The position numbers were made by a program, and so were the translations under genes. The notes beneath the pieces are model-generated. The model saw only the letters and a list, made by a program, of their open reading frames with translations. It searched no databases and was not told the DNA's origin. Below, piece by piece: positions 57,684 to 64,000 of a DNA stretch of 64,000 nt. Every line of letters starts with the position of its first letter. Positions within the stretch are counted from its first letter, which is position 1. The stretch comes from the human T2T-CHM13v2.0 reference genome, Homo sapiens: assembly GCF_009914755.1 (NCBI RefSeq), contig NC_060932.1. One strand, given 5' to 3'.

Positions 57684-58526
57684 CTATGGATCATATCCAT
57701 GGAGTTCTTGCGATTTTGTGGGCCTCCAGTTAAAAACTCTGGTCTGTATGTGATTTGGTTTGGCATGTTGTGGCTCATGAAGCCTGTAAAACAGTGCAGA
57801 TATGACCACTGTCAATGTTTGCCATGCAGCAATCTCAGCAGCTACCTCGTTGCCTCACAAATGGAAGAACTTAAAAAATTTGGAAAGTAAAGAGAGCATG
57901 ATGCCATCTCTGATTTGGATGCAAGCAGGCAGTAAGGCACAAATAACAAACAAATGTGAAAGTCTTTATGTAATATTTTTGATCGTTTCATTAGGCATTT
58001 GTTTTCTTAATTTTTTAAACACATCAAATTTAAAGATAGAGAACAAAGGGATAAAACTATAGGACTCAAGAAGCAGCACTAAAGCATATAATCTGTTTAT
58101 ACTAGAACTAAAATAATCTCATCAATAATTGGCTGTTAACTCCATGCTTGTCACTTAGAGAGGAGGAAAAACAAAAGGGTATATTCTGAAACACAGATCG
58201 AGCAAGTAAATTATTGAGTGATTCACAGTAAGTTGACATCCCTAGCTGTTGCCTGGACACTCAGATTCTAAATTGATGGTGACCATTCCCTGGTGACTCA
58301 GAAAACTTAAATAAAAACAGAATCAAGCAAATCTAGCCAAGTTGAGGGTCCACCTTCTCCTAAAAGATTGTTTACTTGTTTATTTAAGACATCAATTCTC
58401 AGGCTCTATCTCTCCCTTCCATGGCACTAACTCTCACTTGAACCAACAGTAGCTAAGTACACAGAACCAAATAAAGGTGGCAAAGTTATTTAGAAGCCAG
58501 GGGAATAAAATTGTCTAATGCAATAG

Positions 58527-58921
<395 letters not shown>

Positions 58922-59445
58922 TAGCAGCAACGTTGAAGCCATCCAAGTTTCTTCTGCTGCAAATTATCTTTTATTCTTTGTTGAGATTTCAATTGTGTTC
59001 TAAAATATTTTTTCTTTTATTTGCAGAAAGACATTTTTATATATTTGCTTTTTACATTTTAAGATAGCTGTTTATTAGTATTTGTGGTCTTTTTACATTT
59101 AATTCCTGGGAACATGTTTTACTGCTTTGCATAACATATACTTTTTGAAATATAGTTATTTTTTAACTGATTTTATTCCTGATATCCCCAATTAATTATA
59201 GACATAATATTTATTCCTCTGATAGTCAGTTTTCCAAGAGACACTGGTTTCTAAGAATGACTAAGTTTTAAAACTTTTGATTAGAGAATCACAAATGAAT
59301 AAACATAATTTGAAATCTCTATTATCACTAAATCTTTTTCTAGATGTAAAGTATATAGTTAGTAAAAAGATAATACATAGTTTAAACTAATATTTAAAAT
59401 AAATTGTATGTGTGTATGCAAATATGAAGAGAAAATATATTAGAT

Positions 59446-60555
59446 TTTTAATATAACAGCTTTACTGAGATAAAATTTACAAACCATACAATTCACACAT
59501 TTAAGGTGTATAATTAAATAGTTTATAGTATATTCACAGAGCTGTGCAACCATTGCTCACTCAATTTTGAAACATTTTTACCATCCCTAGACAGGAATTT
59601 CTTAATAATGTGATCCAGTAGTAGTCACAATCTATTCTTGACAATTACTAATTCACTTTCTGTCTCTATAGATTTGCCTATTCTGGAAATTTCATAAATG
59701 GAATCGTATAATATATGGTCTTTTGTAACTGACTTCCGTCACTTAGCAAAGTTTTTTCAAGGTCTATCTATGTTTTAACATGTATCAGTGTTTCATTCCT
59801 TTTTTATTGCTAAATAATCATCAATCAGTTGATGGACATTTGAGCCTTTTCTACCTGACTATCAAAATTAATGCTATAACATTGCTCTAAAAGTTTTTAT
59901 GTGGACATAGTAATTTTCCTTGGGGAGATAGCTAAAATTGCTTAACCTTTTAAGTAACTATCAGACTGTTTTCTAAAGCAGCTGTACCATTTTATGTCCC
60001 CACCAGCAGTGTGTGAGGGTTTCACTTTATATCCTCAACAGTGTTTGTTATCATCTTTTTACCAATAGCCATCATAGTGGGTATGAAGTGGTACCTCACT
60101 GTGGTTTTTATTTGTATTACCCTGATGACTAATGATGTCGAGCATCTCTTCATGTGCTTGTGAGCCTTATTATATTTGGACAAACGTTTATTCAAACCTT
60201 TTGCCCATTTTTAAATTGGGTTATCTTATTGAATCAAAGAGTTCTTCGTATATTCTAAATTAAAGTCTCTTATCAGATATATGGTTTGCAAAATATCTTC
60301 TTGTGTGTATTGTTTTCACTTTCTTAATGATATTCATTGAAGCATAGGAGTTTTAAATTTTGATGAAGTTAAATTTATTTATTTTTTCTTTTGTTGCTTC
60401 TGCTTTTGGTATCATAGCTATGAAACCACTGCTTAACCCAAGTTCTCCAAGATTTATATCTACATTTTCTCCAAGGAGTTTTTAAAATTTTAATACTAAT
60501 ATTTAGGTCTTTGATCCATTTTAAGTCAGTTTCTGATATGTTATGATGTAGGTTA
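59446..60555 (-). mobile_element. L1MB-like 3' fragment
   Basis: aacagctttactgagataaaatttac...atagatttgcctattctgg...cccaccagcagtgtgtgaggg. Confidence 0.8.
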
Positions 60556-60580
60556 CACAGCTGTCCTAACCAAAACTATT

Positions 60581-61140
60581 TGATTATAGAACCAACAGGT
60601 TAGTATGCTTGCTGCACAGTAACAGACCAATTACACGGAGACAGCAGGGCTTGCAGCAGAGAAAGAGTTTAATGATTGCAGGGTACCAAGCAAGGGGATT
60701 GGAAGAGACCTTCAAATCCATCTCCCTGAGGAGTTCTGGGCTGGGAATTTTAAGGGGATTGTAGTGGGTGAGGGGCTAGAAAATTGGGATTGTTGATTAG
60801 TTGGGTTAAGGGGGATAAAATCATCAGGACATGGAAATTGCATTCTTTGGTGAGTCAGCCCCTTGTAGGGTTTTTCAGATCATCTGGCATCAGTGGGGTC
60901 CTTCAGACCAGCTGGCATCAGTTGGTGCTTCAGATCAGCTGGCATTAGTGGATACCTTCAGATCAGCTAGCATCAGTGGGGTCCTTCAGACCAGCTTAGT
61001 CAGTAGTTACATCAGTATGCAGGACCTGAGGAATATCTCAAAGGAAAAATGTAAGGTTTTATAATGTTCAAATTGTTATCTATAGAATAGTTAAAGGGAA
61101 TTATAGTCTTGTAGTAAGGTCCACATGACTCTGAGGCAAT
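60581..61140 (-). mobile_element. 3' LTR of an LTR49-like ERV1 (its 5' part deleted)
   Basis: Homologous to 62160-62975 (gcagggcttgcagcagagaaagagtttaat, caaatccatctccct). Confidence 0.8.
60868..61004. repeat. Five diverged 27-28-bp tandem units inside the LTR
   Basis: Consensus ggggtccttcagaccagctggcatcagt. Confidence 0.9.
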
Positions 61141-62159
61141 GTAAAGACTATATTTACTTCTGGATTTTAACTGTATAGTTTTAGGTTGACCATTTGAACT
61201 CTGAATTTTCCTTGCTGTAATTTAATCATCAGTTTAAAAATGTGCAGAAGAATGGGCCATTATATATAACCAGCTTGAGTCTTAGAAAATTTGACATGCC
61301 TTTGAACTTCCCCATAGTTTTTCATGGACGTTTTTGCCCTTAGTGGGTAAGTTACCCATTGCACTGACCTGATGAAGGCATTACTTGTTTCCAGTTTTGC
61401 AAGATCCAACCCAATGAGCTGCTTGGAGGAACCAAATCAACATTTCCCATTCCAGCCAAGACAATGTGCATACAACAAAAAGGCAGACACTAGTCACTCT
61501 GCTCAGTGCCCAAGCAGTTTCATCTGGCAAGCCTCTCAGTTTCCCCCAGCTGGCCTCCAGTGCCTTTGGTCTACTCCAGATTGGGCAGTATAACCACTGA
61601 CTGGAAGATCAGCAGGTAGTTTCTGGGCAAGATTGAAAAGCAGACAGCCTAACCCTGAGTTAGACCTGCTAGCAATTCCTTCAGGGATCCCTTTCTCAAA
61701 CAAAAACATATACAACAAGACAAAGACAAACAAAAGGTCCAAGTTTCAGAAATTCCTAAATCAAATTCCAAGTTTCAGTGTCCTTTGTTCTCCTTCCAGT
61801 TTAGTGGGAATCCTCTCAATCAAGGTCCTTCTTATTACTAGGGAGTGTCGACAAGACCTCAGAAGAGGCCCCAAGAACTCCAATTAATTGGCCAGCTAAT
61901 TAGGAGAAAGGAAATGGGGTGCCGGTTGACCAGAGAAAACTTATCAAAGAGGTCTTTCAAAACCTGTTTCCTTGATGTTAACAATTCATGTGCCAAAGGT
62001 CAGCACTGCCCTGTGAACAGGCAAGGGACCAGAGACAGGCCCCACTTCAATGGAACTGAGTGGCTTTTTGACTTGTCTCTGGGTCTGTCCCAGTGATGAG
62101 AGGGAACCAAGCAACAGGGAAATGCCCACAAGGGGCTCCAGGGTAGGCTCATCATAATT
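61141..62159 (-). mobile_element. Truncated ERV1 internal leader with a degenerate PBS (tRNA-Arg-like)
   Basis: Reverse complement after the LTR reads tgatgagcctaccctggag vs TGGCGAGCCAGCCAGGAG. Confidence 0.6.
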
Positions 62160-63678
<1,519 letters not shown>

Positions 63679-64000
63679 TTCTGCCTCTGGCCCCTCTCAA
63701 ATCTCATGTCCTTCTCACATTTCAAAAGCAATCATGCCCTCCCAACAGTCCCCCAAAGTCTTAACTCATTCTAGCATTAACTCCAAAGTCCAAGTCCAGA
63801 TGCTCCAATTCCAAAAGGGAGAAATTGGCCAAAACAAGGGCGCAACAGGCCCCATGCAAGTCCAAAACCCAGCAGGGCAGTCATTAAATCTTAAAGCTCC
63901 AAAATAATCTCCTTTGAAACCATTTCTCACACACAGGCCACACTGATGCAAGGGATGGGCTCCGAAGGCCTTGGGAAGCTCTGACCCTGTGGTTCTGCAG
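63679..64000 (-). mobile_element. MST/THE1 internal sequence running off the window
   Basis: ttctgcctctggcccctctcaaatctcatgtcc...caggccccatgcaagtccaaaacccagcagggcagtcattaaatcttaaagctccaaaat. Confidence 0.88.

Larger units (their letters stand above)
55972..57741 (+). mobile_element. Charlie4a-like hAT MITE, split by MER4D
   Basis: caggaattcttaatc...tttggcagtct...gaccccttc at the left end; ccagttaaaaactctg at the right end. Confidence 0.7.

Noticed and set aside
60868-61004. 27-28-bp repeats resembling CRISPR direct repeats
   Set aside because: The units are contiguous, lack spacers and lie inside an LTR.

Overview
Primate, almost certainly human, non-coding genomic DNA. A young AluYa5 carries all five diagnostic bases. 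I can support no protein-coding exon, RNA gene or CRISPR array. Nearly all ORFs in the track are by-products of Alu, L1, L2 or ERV sequence. By eye, well over half the window is interspersed repeat: about 25 Alu/FLAM pieces; a full-length but dead L1PA7-like element (26.8-33.2 kb, minus); and a ~17-kb old L1MC scaffold (38-55 kb) carrying a two-LTR MER65-like provirus, an internally deleted and possibly spliced L1PA15-like element and several solo LTRs. There is also a two-LTR LTR49-like provirus remnant, ERVL gag remnants, MaLR LTRs, DNA transposon fossils (MER6, MER5, MER96B, MER33, Charlie4a), MIR/L2/L3 and a near-perfect 3x102-bp tandem repeat. Retroelements are strongly biased to the minus strand, hinting at an intron of a long plus-strand transcript. 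I found no new biological system; the best leads are mechanistic or evolutionary. Subfamily names come from remembered consensus sequences and need RepeatMasker/Dfam confirmation. Boundaries of old elements are approximate.
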